Shown here: in pieces, positions 15,181 to 31,114 of the stretch | Position numbering within the stretch: position 1 is the stretch's first letter | How the letters are laid out: every line of letters starts with the position of its first letter | Source: Octopus vulgaris | Taxonomy: Eukaryota | Length of the DNA: 64,000 nt | Direction of reading: 5' to 3' | NCBI GenBank assembly: GCA_951406725.2 | Contig: OX597817.1 | Coordinates: 160,456,001 to 160,520,000 of the forward strand | Program-made: the position numbers and the translations under genes | Notes under the pieces: model-generated | Database searches by the model: none | Seen by the model: the letters and a program-made list of their open reading frames with translations, nothing else | What the model was told of the DNA's origin: nothing

Positions 15181-15563
15181 ATTAAAAGGTTCTCTGTATC
15201 TTTAAATAGTCTGAAGTAATATCTTTTATAGGAGGGAAGCGTAAAGGTGGGTGGGTGGGAGGAATTACAAATCGCCTTCTTAAGAAATAAGATGATTTAA
15301 AGCATTTTCAAACTTGTCCAATCCAATACAGTGTTCTTAATTCAAGAAGGGGAGGCAAGCAATCGTCATTAATACTCGGGGTTTGGGCTGGTTGATCTAA
15401 AAACAAAACATTTCATTTCATAGACACGAATGAGTAGCATTGACTAGTATTAATTGTTATGTGCTTCTGAATTCAATAGTAACAAATATAAAGTAATAAC
15501 GTAATCATCGATTGTTCTCAATTACCCCCCCACACACACACACACACAGATCATTTCATTTCC

Positions 15564-15830
15564 TTAGTAGTAATGTAGCTTTCTTTTAAAGTTGCTAATG
15601 TAGGCTTTGTCAAGTATGCATTGGCCAAACCCAGTGACAGGTGTGAGACCATTTGCAGATCTTCTTTCTGCAATACGACCTGCACTAAAGATACTTTTGT
15701 CTCTTAACCTCAAAACTAGATCTCCCGTTAATGAAATCAATGGTGTAATGAAAAATATGCCGTTCTTCATTTGTATCAATGTAGCTGAAGATTCTCGCAC
15801 AGATCGATAGTAGAAATCAGATCATCCAGA
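15564..15830 (-). mobile_element. Possible old CR1/L2-like LINE 3' remnant
   Basis: Minus frame ends ...FSAGRIAE...NGL...ISNFKRKLHYY*, resembling the FS.RV..WN.LP...FKRKLD.Y C-terminus of these LINEs. Confidence 0.35.
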
Positions 15831-16171
15831 CAAACGATGATATAGTATATGTCGAGGCATCAAATCTAGAGTGTCACTTAAGTGATCATGCTGATCGTCT
15901 TGGAAAAAAATATTTCAGTAGTTTCACTTATTGAACTGTGACCAAGCTGGGGCACAACTTTGAAGAGTTTAGTCAAGCAAATTGACTCCACTCCATATAT
16001 TTTACACTCTTGTACTTATACTAGCGGTCTTTTTATCGAACCGTAAAGTTACAGGACGTAAACAGACCAACACTGGTTGTCAAGCGGTGGTGGGGACAAA
16101 GGTAAGCACAAGACACACATATACATGCGTATATACAGATATTCCGACGTGATTCCACATAGTTTTTATCT

Positions 16172-16572
16172 AGGCGCAGGAGTGGCTGTGTGGTAAGTAG
16201 CTTGCTTACCAACCACATGGTTCCGGGTTCAGTCCCACTGCGTGGCACTTTGGGCAAGTGTCTTCTACTATAGCCTCGGGCCGACCAAAGCCTTATGAGT
16301 GGATTTGGTAGACGGAAACTGAAAGAATCCCGTCGTATATATGTATATGTATATAAATGTGTGTATGTGTTTGTCCCCCCCCCCCAACATCGCTTGACAA
16401 CCGATGCTGGTTAGTTTACGTCCCCGTAACTTAGCGGTTCGGCAAAAGAGACCGATAGAATAAGTACTAGGCTTACAAAGAATAAGTCCTGTGGTCGATT
16501 TGCTCGACTAAAGGCGGTGCTCCAGCATGGCCGCAGTCAAATGACTGAAAGAAGTAAAAGAGTAAAGGAGTA
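16172..16572 (+). mobile_element. SINE family B
   Basis: Full-length match to other copies. Confidence 0.9.
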
Positions 16573-16699
16573 CCAAATTTACCTACAAACTATTGGTCGA
16601 CCGGGTGCCATAGCAGAAGATATTTTCCCAAGGTCTGCTGTGCAATGGGACTTAACACGAAGCCGAGTGGCTGCAAAATGATCTTCTTTACCACACAGT

Positions 16700-18070
16700 C
16701 ATGGTCATGAATTTGAAATGAGGCGAAATTAGTTACCTAAGGAAATCGAAATTAAGCCCAATCACCAATGAAAAAGGCAAGTTGATTAAAGAACAAGACA
16801 CTGTCATTGAGGATTATGATGAAGAAAAATTTTTTTGGAGTTGTTCATCAGAGCCTAAATCATATTTCAAACGGAATGTTCCTTTTTTTTTTGTTGTTAT
16901 AACCGATTTGTTTATTGCCAGGGTATTTAAATAGTCTTGACACTGTAAACACAATACACTGTTTCTGCATTCTGAGGCAATATCGAAACAAGTCACAAGA
17001 AAGACAAAAATTTACATGTGCAAAAATCATTCGACAAGTTACCCAGACGATCTCACAAAAAAGCAGGCAGGAGAAAATGAAGCACCTTAAGACAATACAT
17101 ATACACCAGATTAAGGCGGCGAGCTGGCAGAAACGTTAGCACGCCGGATGAAATGCTTAGCGGTATTTCGTCTGCCGTTACGTTGTGAGTTCAAATTCCG
17201 CCGAGGTCGACTTTGCCTTTCATCCTTTCGGGGTCGATAAATTAAGTACCAGTCACGCACTGGGGTCGATGTAATCGACTTAATACCTATGTCTGTCCTT
17301 ATTTGTCCCCTCTGTGTTTAGCTCCTTGTGGGTAATAAAGAAATAGGTATTTCGTCTGCCGTTACGTTCTGAGTTCAAATTCCGCCGAGGTCGACTTCGC
17401 CTTTCATCCTTTCGGGATCGATTAAATAAGTACCAGTTACGCACTGGGGTCGATATAATCCACTTAATCCGTTTGTCTGTCCTTGTTTGTCGCCTCTTTG
17501 TTTAGCCCCCCCCCCCCACCCCTTATGGGTAGTAAAGAAATATATATACACCAGATTATTGTGAAGAAATGGGATCTAATACACTTTTGAATACAATAAA
17601 ACTGCTTGAGTAGATGCACGAAACAGTGATTGAGGTGTTTGGGGCTGAAGCGAACTAAAGTCTAATAGAGAGCTCTCTTAGCTGACTAAGGTGAAACCTT
17701 TATACCTCAAGTGACAATATTTGCTCCATGACAAACTGCACTGAAAAGCGTTTTGCAGGTTAAAATATTTCTCTATATTTGCAATGGTCCTAATTTTATT
17801 TGCAATGAGTACGCTAAGCATTTTTCAAATGTATAAATGTATATATTGCACTGAAAAAATTTTTTCTGTGCATTTGCTAGTTATGATAAAGTTTGTTGAG
17901 AGATCTTTCAGTACACCAATGATCATCAAGAACCTATTGTGCAGCATGATGACGCAGGAAATACCGAATGACCTAGCTGTTCTTAATATTGAGAGTGAAA
18001 ACTTGTGAAGGGAGAGCTGACTTCATTGGAATAATAAAAACATTTGTTAATAAAATAAATGCATGTAAAG
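16700..18070 (+). pseudogene. Decayed hAT transposase 3' region (hATC dimerisation domain), interrupted by a SINE A dimer
   Basis: ORF 17784-18008 ERSFSTPMIIKNLLCSMMTQEIPNDLAVLNIE fits the hATC pattern ERSFS.L..IKN.LRSTM.QERLN.LA.L.IE; the upstream limit is uncertain. Confidence 0.7.
17114..17543 (+). mobile_element. SINE family A dimer with TSD
   Basis: One head plus two body units; TATACACCAGATTA duplicated on both sides. Confidence 0.9.
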
Positions 18071-18178
18071 CATATTTTGTTTAGTTATGAGAATTATCAG
18101 TTCTGTGTCAGAGGATGCATTAGAATAATTCACGAATATGTGTTCAAACTTTAAATGAATAATCTTATTATTTAAATC

Positions 18179-18587
18179 GAGCTGGCAGAAACGTTAGCAC
18201 GCCGGGCGAAATGCGTGACCGTATTTCGTCTGCCGTTACGTTCTGAGTTCAAATTCCGCCGAGGTCGATTTCGCCTTTCATTCTTTCGGGGTCGATAAAT
18301 TAAGTACCAGTTACGCACTGGGTTCGATGTGATCCACTTAATCCGTTTGTCTGTCCTTGTTTGTCCCCTCTGTGTTTAGCCCCTTGTGGGTAGTAAAGAA
18401 ATAGGTATTTCGTCTGCCGCTACGTTCTGAGTTCAAATTCCGCCGAGGTCGACTTTGCCTTTCAATATTTCGAAGTCGATAAATAAAGTACTAGTTACGC
18501 ACTGGGGTCGATGTAATTGACTTAATCCTTTTGTCTGTCTTTATTTGTCCCTTCTACGTTTAGCTCCTTGTGGGTAATAAAGAAATA
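18179..18587 (+). mobile_element. SINE family A dimer
   Basis: Head plus two units joined by AAAGAAATAGGTATTTCGTCTGCC. Confidence 0.9.
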
Positions 18588-19461
18588 TATTTGAATAGAT
18601 GTATATTTTCTTATTTTTATCTTAAAATATTATTGTTGGTTGTTGAAGGTCTTTGCTACAGAAAATTTCACAAAGGAAATCGCATCTTTAAATATGAATT
18701 AATGGTATCAAAATTTGTAATATTGCTAAAATTGCAACATGTCCAGAGCTTCTTTGTAGAGGTTTTCAATCACTTTTTACCCGCGAACCCTTTGATCTCT
18801 CTTTTATTCTACAGGACTTTCATAGCCATTTGAAATTTTTTAAAATCCCATTATATTTTTATAATTAAATATTATTAAGAATTGTATAAAAAAATGTTCA
18901 AATAGTTTGTATATTGTATAAGTAAAATCAATCTATTGCACATAATCTCTAATTACAAAATCCGGACTTATGCCTGGGAGGGTAACTTTCAAGGTGCAAT
19001 CCCACGGTAAGTTTATATATGTTTCACTGAAGTGATAAGAGAGATAGTGTTTTTAAGGTGTTGTGTTAGTTTTCTTACATGTAATTGTAAGTAGTAACAG
19101 GGAATGTGTAGTTATACTTTACAAACTGGTAACAAACTGTGTCCGTCGTATGTCCAGTTACGTTTGCATTTTTCGTTCCTTTGTCTTGTTGTGTAGATTG
19201 TCTGTGGGTGTAAGTCAGGTAAAACTCTAACAACGTGTAGTGCACTGTCTTTTACTTATTTTAGTTTGTAATGATTTGTGATGAAGAGATTGGAGCCCTG
19301 GTAGGACTGGCATAGTCCATGATGCACATACAGTATTCTTTGTGGGCTGTTGTTCTTATTTATTTTTTCTTATGTTAACTAAATGCAGTAACTAGGGTCA
19401 TATTAAGACCTATAGAGGCTCTATTCACTTAAAAAATTTAGTGGTCACGTATATGTATATG

Positions 19462-19770
19462 TGGAGGCGCAATGGCCCAGTGGTTAAGGCAGCGGACTTG
19501 CGGTTGTAGGATCATGGTTTCAATTCCCAGACCGAGCGTTTTGTGTGTTTATTGAGCGAAAACACCTAAAAGCTCCGCGAGGCTCCGGCAGGGGGTGGTG
19601 GCGACCCCTATTGTACTCTTTCGCCACAACTTTCTCTCATTCTCTCTTCCTGTTTCCTGAGTAACGCTGCGATGGACTGGCATCCCGTCCAGCTGAGAGG
19701 AACACATGCGCCACAGAAACCGGGAAACCGGGCCCATGAACCTGGCTAGGCTTGAAAAGGGTGACGTTTA
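19462..19770 (+). mobile_element. SINE family C, tail type ii
   Basis: Family C head followed by CTGCGATGGACTGGCATCCCGTCCAG...GAAACCGGGAAACCGG tail. Confidence 0.85.
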
Positions 19771-19797
19771 TCGACCTTTTATATATGTATATATGGC

Positions 19798-19798
19798 T

Positions 19799-19852
<54 letters not shown>

Positions 19853-20205
19853 GGCAGTTTGTCTGTGCGTGTTTCTGTGTGTCTGTTTGCTTGTACCCTC
19901 ACCCTGACCACGGCTTTCAACCGATTCTGATGAAACTTGACACACACATAGCCCAATGTCATCATTCAAAACTAACGCAGCGAAAATTTTGAAAAGTTCC
20001 CCCAGTTCTGAAAAAAATCGATAAATTCGACATGGGGTCGAGAATCAGAAACACAAACCACAGACTGTCTAGGGGACGCACATCGACCTTTTAAACTAAA
20101 AAAAAAATTTACCATCATTTTTTTCCCATTTTTTGGCTATAACTCTAAAAATGCTTTATAGTTATTTCCCTTACAAACCCGAGCAACGCCGGGCGATACT
20201 GCTAG
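19798..20205 (+). mobile_element. Non-autonomous Helitron (second body type)
   Basis: (TA)n-rich 5' end, 3' ACAAACCCGAGCAACGCCGGGCGATACTGCTAG followed by T. Confidence 0.75.
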
Positions 20206-20237
<32 letters not shown>

Positions 20238-20371
20238 TGTAATTCAAAACTTACACAATTATAAAACCATAAAATAAATTTATATTTTTCAAAATGCAAC
20301 AAAACTAACAACACGATGGAAGACAATGTTTATTTTTGTATACTTCCACTTTATTTACATTGGAAAAGCTT

Positions 20372-20787
20372 TCTCTTTTACTCTTTTACTTGTTTCAGTC
20401 ATTTGACTGCGGCCATGCTGGAGCACCGCCTTTAATCGAGCAACTCGACCCCGGGACTTATTCTTTTGTAAGCCCAGTACTTATTATATCGGTCTCTTTT
20501 TGCCGAACCGCTAAGTAACGGGGACATAAACACACCAGCATCGGTTGTCAAGCAATGCTAGGGGGACAAACACAGACACACAAACACACACACGCATATA
20601 TATATATATATATATATACATATATACGACGGGCTTCTTTCAGTTTCTGTCTACCAAATCCAGTCACAAGGCTTTGGTCGGCCCGAGGCTATAGTAGAAG
20701 ACACTTGCCCAAGGTGCCACGCAGTGGGACTGAACCCGGAACCATGAGGTTGGTAAACAAGCTACTTACCACACAGCCACTCCTGCT
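20372..20787 (-). mobile_element. SINE family B
   Basis: Reverse-complement full-length copy. Confidence 0.9.
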
Positions 20788-21013
20788 ACTTTTTTTATAA
20801 ATGCAAAGTCTTTGATCAGATCTTCACTACGACTCCATGAAATTATGTTTCCGATCATATAAACCACTTCGAACATTATTTTCGAAATTTTATTTATTTC
20901 TGTACCCACCACTTCCCTTGATACATTAAACACTTGTTTATTTTGCTTAATGGTTTATCCAGCACTCGTGGTACCTGTGATTGCTGCATGTTTGTGCGTC
21001 ATTTTACTCTGTA

Positions 21014-21394
21014 GAGGCGCAATGGCCCAGTGGTTAGGGCAGCGGACTCGCGGTCATAGGATCGCGGTTTCGATTCCCAGACCGGGCGTTGTGAGTGTTT
21101 ATTAAGCGAAAACACCTAAAAGCTCCACAAGGCTCCGACAAGGGATGGTGGTGATCCCTGCTGTACTCTTTCACCACAACTTCCTCTCACTCTTACTTCC
21201 TGTTTCTGTTGTGCCTGTATTTCAAGGGGCCGGCCTTGTCACTCTCTGTGTCACGCTGAATATCCCCGAGAACTACGTTAAAGGTACACGTGTCTGTGGA
21301 GTGCTCAGTCACTTACACGTTAATTTCACGAGCAGACTGTTCGTTGATTCGGATCAACCGGAACCCTCATCGTCGTAACCGACGGAGTGCTTCC
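21014..21394 (+). mobile_element. SINE family C, tail type i, with TSD
   Basis: CATTTTACTCTGTA flanks both sides. Confidence 0.9.
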
Positions 21395-21899
21395 CATTTT
21401 ACTCTGTATGTTGTGAATGTGGATCCGTTTTAAAGCCGAGTAAAGTTATCTTCTCAGTGTTTGTGTGTGTGTGTGTGTGTGCTTATTATTATTTGTGACT
21501 TTTGGTGGGTGACGGTGTTTTCCGATATTGCTAGTAAGGAGACGATAATTTCAGTCAGCCATTTTGAAGCCAAGTTGTATCCAGGTTACTTACCGTACTT
21601 GATGGCATAAAAGACGCGCCCCAGTTTCAACAGCGCATATTCAGGAAAGATTAAAGAAAGGTTTTAGTGCACTAAATCTTATGGGAGCCCAACTTTCCAC
21701 ATAGCGCTCTGAGTGATCTTTGAGAAAATTTTTCTGGCAAAAAAAAAAGAAAAAGAAAAAAACATGTCTGATACGGTTATGGCTTGAGAACTTTTGCATA
21801 ACTGTATAGAACACTGGTTCTCAGCTATCTTTATCATCGAAAACTATTCTATTCTGGTGGATTCCCCATAGCCAATTGTTGTTTAAAAACTAATTTTAT

Positions 21900-22093
21900 A
21901 CTCTTTTTACTTGTTTCAGTCACTTGACTGTGGCCATGCTGGAGTACCGCCTTTAGTCGAGCAAATCGACCGCAGGACTTATTCTTTATAAGCCTAGTAC
22001 TTATTATATCGGTTACCCTTTGCCGAACCGCTAAGTTACGGGGACATAAACACACCAGCATCGGTTGTCAAGCGATGTTGGGGGAGGGAAGGA

Positions 22094-22133
<40 letters not shown>

Positions 22134-22340
22134 CACACACATGCACACACACACACACATGCACACACACACACACACATATATATACATATATACGACG
22201 GGCTCTTTCAGTTTCCGTCTACCAAATCCACTCTCAAGACTTTGGTCGGCCCGAGGCTATAGTAGAAGACACTTGCCCAATGTACCACGCAGTGGGACTG
22301 AACCCGGAACCATGTGGTTGGTAAGCTAGCTACTTACCAC
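21900..22340 (-). mobile_element. SINE family B
   Basis: Reverse-complement copy with internal (CA)n. Confidence 0.9.
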
Positions 22341-22763
22341 AAAATTACTATTTTGTTTATCACACATTCACTTAAATTCCTTATACTTCTAAGGTGGCAA
22401 ACGGGCAGAATCGTTACCCGCGCCGAATAAAATGCTTTCGTCCGTCTTTACATTATGAATTCCACTTCTGCCGAAATTGAATTTGCCGTTCATTTTTCGG
22501 GGTCGATAAAACAAGTACCAATTTGAATACCGGTGTCGATGTGACCAACTTATCCCTTCCCCTGAAATTGCTGGCCTTGTGCCAAAATTTGAACAAACGA
22601 ATTACTTTTACAATACACAAAGTATTTTAGCAACTTTTTAACCCTTCAAGTAATTAAACTGGCCATATTAGGCATCAAATATTTTACCTGTTTTATGTTT
22701 AAATTGGCCGGATCCAGCCTCTCACACTTATCCTATAATGTCATTCTTAAAATAAACAATCAT

Positions 22764-22928
22764 AGGCGCAGGAGTGGCTGTGTGGTAAGTAGCTTGCTAA
22801 CCAACCACATCGTTCCGGGTTCAGTCCACTGCGTGGCATCTTGGGCAAGTGTCTTCTGTTATAGCCCTGGGCCCACCAATGCCTTGTGAGTGGATTTGGT
22901 AGACGGAAACTGAAAGAAGCCTGTCGTA

Positions 22929-22999
<71 letters not shown>

Positions 23000-23230
23000 G
23001 TGTGTGTTTGTGTGTTTGTGTTTGTTCCCCTAGCATTGCTTGACAACCGATGCTGGTGTGTTTACGTCCCCGTCACTTAGCGGTTCGGCAAAAAGAGACC
23101 GATAGAATAAGTACTGGGCTTACAAAAATAATAAGTCCCGGGGTCGAGTTGCTCGACTAAAGGCGGTGCTCCAGCATGGCCGCAGTCAAATGACTGAAAC
23201 AAGTAAAAGAGTAAAAGAGAGTAAAGAGTA
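22764..23230 (+). mobile_element. SINE family B
   Basis: Full-length copy with GAGTAAAA-type tail repeats. Confidence 0.9.
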
Positions 23231-23529
23231 TATCATCGAAATATCGAAGCTAAAAGATAATAGATAATAAAGAAACCTAGCTGCTGTTTCTTGCAATGAA
23301 TACATCTATAGCAACCTTTTTCCATCGACCCTCAAAATAACACTTTGGACCAATTTACTATTTTGCTCACGTGGAGCCCCCCACCCCCACCCCGGGGTCA
23401 TATGGCATATTGAATGGAGAGAGCATGAGAGTCTAAAGGCATCTGCATATGAAGCTGTATGTCTGTTTTGTGACGGTCTGGAGAAGGTGAGAAGATGAAT
23501 CCTTTTGGCAATCTATTCGAGGTTTTCTC

Positions 23530-23734
23530 TTATTCTTTTACTTGTTTCAGCCATTTTACTGCGGCCATGCTGGAGCACCGCCTTTTTTAGTCGAGCAAAT
23601 CAACCCCCAGGGCTTATTCTTTGTAAGCCTAGTACTTATTCTATCGGTTCCCTTTTGCCGAACTGCTACGTTACGAGGATGTAAACACAGCAACATCTTT
23701 TATCAAGCGATAGTGGGGATAAACACGCACACAT

Positions 23735-23770
<36 letters not shown>

Positions 23771-24187
23771 CTATATAAAGCCCGTCGTATGTATATAAAT
23801 ATATATATATAAGGATAAGATCGTTAACTTAATTATCGATCCTATCAAGAGGCCAACATGGGAATAAAAAACTTCAAAGGTAATAATTATTATTAAAATA
23901 ATAATTTAGGGTATCTAAGAGATACCTCCACGCTGGATATAGCAGCCAAAACTTGACTCTAAAACATTTAATGTGGTTTTAGATACTCTAAATTATACTT
24001 GGATACTCTAAATTATAATTTACATATATATACGACGGGCTTCTTTCAGTTTCCGTCTACCAAATCCACTCACAAGGCTTTGGCCGGCTCGAGGCTATAG
24101 TAGAAGACACTTGCCCAAGGAACCACGCAGTGGGACTGAACCCGGAACCATGTGGTTGGTAAGCAAGCTGCTTACCACGCAGCCACT
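23530..24187 (-). mobile_element. SINE family B, interrupted within its microsatellite
   Basis: Tail half at about 23530-23780 and head half at about 24025-24187, separated by unrelated AT-rich sequence. Confidence 0.75.
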
Positions 24188-24702
24188 TGGTATGTTTTGT
24201 AGCGGTTATTCCTGTAGTGTGTTTGGCGAGGCAGCAGTTTGCTTCAACAGCGTTTTGTTGTTGTTGTTGTTGTTGTTGTTGCTGTTGTTGTTGTTAGTGT
24301 TAGTGGTGGTGGTGGTGGCGGCGGCGGCGGCGGTGGTTGTGGTGTTGGTGGTGGCATTGGTGACCTTAGAACTCAAAAGATCCAAAAACCCAACACCACA
24401 AAGGACCTTGTCTGCTAGTTCACTGCATTGTATTGGTCACTTTTTAAATTGACTCCGAAAAAAATGAAAAGCAAAGTTGACCTCTGAAGAATTTCGAATC
24501 ATTCCAACCGCGACCTTCCCATCTGATTAGGCATAGGAAGTAGAACTCACATTATGTGATGTGTTTCTGGTCCTATATAGAGCCGTAGGTAGTTATTGGA
24601 AGCAGATTTGGTTGCTATTTCTAGCAGGTTAAACAGCAACGTAGAGGGAGGCTCCTGTTGTTGGTGGTGATGGCGTTGTTGGTCACTGAATGGTAAAAGT
24701 AA

Positions 24703-24743
<41 letters not shown>

Positions 24744-24879
24744 ATGTGCGCATGTGTAACTACGAGAGTATGACCAATGAATAACGTGTGAATTAAACCG
24801 GTTGACAGAAAGATTGAGAGAAGAAAAGACGGAAGAATATGTTATGAAAATAACGAACGAGATAGAGGAAGCAACAAAA

Positions 24880-26748
<1,869 letters not shown>

Positions 26749-27446
26749 CATTTGTTTGTTTGTTGAGAGTAGTGTCAACAACAGTGAAAAGTGCAAGTGT
26801 ACTTTTAGGTGCATTGCATACATCGCTGGGTGTGGCAAAAATATATGGTAGCTGCTGAAGCACACAAACATACGATGCAGCCTAGCAACATATCTGTGTG
26901 CTGCACATATTATATATATATATATTACTTGTGCAACTTATCGCACCACAGCTGGCACCACGACGACACTGCACTGACTAAACTACAGCCATCGTAGTAC
27001 ATCAGCACTTAGCACATTACGAGCACAACACTTCGTACGAGAGAGCACGCTGGAGAATATTAAATAGTATTGCGCTGTGAAAATACGACTCGACGAACAC
27101 AGCACCCGCTACAGCGCTTATTCTAAATTGTGTTGTATGCAATAAGCTGCACTGTGCTATATGCCCATGTTTATATATGCGTACGTATATATATATATAT
27201 ATATATAATATATATATTCGTCCACTACAGCATATGTTCTGGTGTGCTAGAAATAGCAGCGAAATCTCCTTCGAAAACCACATTACCGTTAAAACAGAAA
27301 AGAGAGAACAGATCGGATAAATGTGTAAGATCGATAAATAGAAAATGAATGAACGAATGAATGAATGAATGAACGAATGAATGAATGAACGAATGAATGA
27401 ATGAATGAATGAATGAATGAATGAATGAATGAATGAATGAATGAAT

Positions 27447-27491
<45 letters not shown>

Positions 27492-27495
27492 TAGG

Positions 27496-27568
<73 letters not shown>

Positions 27569-27725
27569 GAATTCAAATTCTGCCGAGGTCGACTTTGCCT
27601 TTCGTCCTTTCTGGTTTCGATAAATTAAGAACCAGTTACGCACTGGGGTCGATCTGATCGAATTAATCCCTTTGTCTGTCCTTGCTTGTCTCTATGTTTA
27701 GCCCCCTGCGGGCAATAAAAGAAAT

Positions 27726-27788
<63 letters not shown>

Positions 27789-29629
27789 TTAGTCATATCT
27801 GAATTTCAGTGATTATTGGTCTGTTCAGACAGGGCCTAAAACCTGGGGTTATGATCAACAACAACAATAGCAACAATGACAAGAAAAGTAAATGACAATA
27901 ACACACAAAATCTTTCGTTCCTTTCCCTGTGTACTAAGTTCTGGGGGTCGATATGAAAAAAAGGACCGATCCGGTCAGCTGCAGGCGTGGATCTGCAGTA
28001 AGTAGCTTGCTTCCCAACTACATGGTTAAGGCTTCAGTCCCTATGTGAGGTATCTTGGGCAGGTGTCTTCTACTATAGCCTCGGGCCTACCAAAGCCTTA
28101 TGGCTAGATTTGGCAGATGGAAACTAAAAGAAGCTCGTCGTATGTATGTATGTCTGGGCGCGCGCGTTTGTGTGTTTGCCCCCCCCCCCCCATATTACAG
28201 CTTGTCAGCCAGTATTGGTGTGTTTACGTCCCCGTAACTTATCGGTTCGGCGAAGGAAACCGATAAAAAAAGCACCAGGCTTTACAAATAGATAAATAAG
28301 TACTGGGGTCACAATTCGTTCTCTCTCTCTTTTACTCTTTTACGTGTTTCAGTCGGTTGTCAAGCGATGTTGGGAAGACAAACACAGACACACAAACACA
28401 TACACACACACACACATATATATACATATACATACATACGACGGGCTTCTTTCAGTTTCCGTCTACCAAATCCACTCACAAGGCTTTGGTCGGCTCAAGG
28501 CTATAGTAGAAGACACTTGCCCAAGTTGCCACGCAATGGGACGGAACCCGGAACCATGTAGTTCGTAAGCAAGCTACTTAACACACTGCCACTCCTACGC
28601 CTATTTTGAGTAAAATTCTTCATGGCAGTGCCACAGCATGGCCGCAGTCTAATGACTGAAATAAATAAATAAGAGAAAATTCGAAGGTGGTATACTTGTG
28701 GAAAAGTTTGAGCGTCAGAGTGCCTTATGGTATTTATTCCATTCCTCTCCGTTCTGAGTTCAAATCCCGCCGTGGGTTACGCCCACTTGAACACAGCCAC
28801 CCGACACCTTGGGTGTCCTTTAGTGGACAAACATTCGGGCCAGACCCCTGGTTTGAGGATACCTACCGTTCCCCCCTTCAACCAATCTTGGAGCTCCCGA
28901 AAAGAGTCATTAGTACTGCAGTGCACTCCCCTTTCTTCCGAAAACAGTGGTTGTCAACTGGAATCCATATGACCCTTGGGGTGGGGGTATCCACGAAAGA
29001 TTTTGTATTTAAAATTTATGTGCAATAAATTCCTTATACTTCTAAGATGGCGAGCTGGCAGAATCGTTACTGCGCCGAACAAAATTTATAGCGACATTTC
29101 GTCAGACGTTATGTTCTGAGTTCAAATTCCACCGAGGTCGACTTTGCCTTTCATCCTTTCGGAGTCGATAAACTAAGTACCAGTTACGCACTGGGGTCGA
29201 TGTAATCGACTTAATACCTTTGTCTGTCTTGTTTGTCTCCTCTGTGTTTATCCCCTTGTGGGTATTAAAGAAATAAGAATCGTTACCGCGCCGAACAAAA
29301 TGTTTAGCGGCATTTCGTCAGTCTTTACATTCTGAATTTTACTTCGACCGAGATTGACTTTACCATTCATCCTTTCGGGGTCGATAAAACAAGTACCAAT
29401 TCGAATACCGGGGTCGATGTGACCAACTTATCCCTTTCCCTGAAATTGCTGGCCTTGTGCCAAAATTTGAACAAACAAATTACTTTTACAATACAAAATG
29501 TTTTAGCAACTTTTGAACCCTTTACTAATTAAACTGGCCATATTAGGCCATATTTTACCTGTTTTATGCTTAAATTTGCCGGATCCAGCCTTTCACACTT
29601 ATCCTATGTCATTCTTAAAATAAACAATC

Positions 29630-29793
29630 AGGCGTAGGAGTAGCTGTGTGGTAAGTTACGAACCACATGGTTCCGGGTTCAGTCCCACTGCGTGGCACCT
29701 TGGGCAAGCACCTTCTACTATAGCCTCGGGCCGACCATAGCCTTGTGAGTGGATTTGGTAGGCGGAAAATGAAAGAAGCCCGTCGTATATATG

Positions 29794-29857
<64 letters not shown>

Positions 29858-30060
29858 TGCGTCTGTGTTTGTCCTCCCAACATCGCTTGGCAACCGATGC
29901 TGGTGTGTTAACGTCCCCGTAACTTAGCGGTTCGGCAAAAGAGACCGATAGAATAAGTACTAGGCTGACAGAGAATAAGTCCTGGAGTCGATTTGCTTGA
30001 CTAAAGGTGATACTCAGCATGGTCAAAGTCAAATGACTGAAACAAGTAAAAGAGTAAAAG
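29630..30060 (+). mobile_element. SINE family B
   Basis: Full-length copy. Confidence 0.9.
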
Positions 30061-30204
30061 GCTTGAAATTTTGGTGGAGAGGGCTTGTCGATATTACATC
30101 AACCCTAGCGATTCAACTGTTACTTATTTTATCAATCTCCGAAAGGATGAAAAGCAAGGTTGATCTCGGCGTAATTTAAAGTCGGAAAGTAAATGATTCT
30201 CATT

Positions 30205-30601
30205 TCAAGAGGCTAAACATAGAGGGGACAAACAAGGACAGACAAACGGATTAAGTCGATCATATCGACCCCAGTGCGTAACTGGTGCCTATGTAATCGA
30301 CCCTGAAAGGATGAAAGGCAAAGTAGACCTCGGCGGAATTTGAACTTAGAACGTAGCGGCAGACGAAATATCTATTTCTTTACTATCCACAAGGGGCTAA
30401 ACACAGAGAGGACAAACAAGGACAGACAAACGGATTAAGTCGATTACATCGACCCCAGTGCGTAACTGGTACTTATTTAATCGACCCCGAAAGGATGAAA
30501 GGCAAAGTCGATCTCGGCGGAATTTGAACTCAGAACATAACGGCAGACAAAATACGGCTACGCTTTTCGCCCGGCGTTCTAACGTTTCTGCCAGCTCGCC
30601 G
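30205..30601 (-). mobile_element. SINE family A dimer
   Basis: Head at about 30601 plus two body units. Confidence 0.88.
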
Positions 30602-31114
30602 ATACGATACTAATTCTGCCAGCCCGTCTCCTCATCGGTTGCAAATTTTGGCGCAAAGCCAGCAACTTTAGAGTGAGGGTTGGTCGATTACATCGACTCC
30701 AGTAATTGTCTTGTACTTTATTTTATCAGCTCCGAAAAGATGAAAAGCAAAGTTGACCTCTGCGTTTGAACCCAGAGTGTAAAGAACCGGGACAAACATC
30801 ACAAAGCACTTTTTTCTCTCTCACCACATCACAACACTACTGCGCTGCACCATACTATAACCTTACTACACCATAACAAAATCATACTACAGTTAAATAC
30901 TGCACATATGCTATAGTATATCAGCATAGTATGTGAAGCACAGGTATGACCATGTGGTAAGAAGTTTGCTTCTAAACCACATGGTTCCAGGTTCAGTCCC
31001 AATGCGTGGCACCTTGGTCAAGTGTCTTCTGCTATAGCCTCTACTCGACCAAAGCCTTGTGAGTTGAATTTATAGACGGAAATTGAAGTAAGACCGTCAT
31101 GTGTATATATGAGT

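Noticed and set aside
21014-21085. SINE heads as tRNA genes
   Set aside because: A and B boxes are present but there is no proper acceptor stem, and they run into SINE bodies.
26810-26830. GTGCATTG resembling the miR-33 5' end
   Set aside because: The match ends after 8 nt and I see no convincing precursor hairpin.
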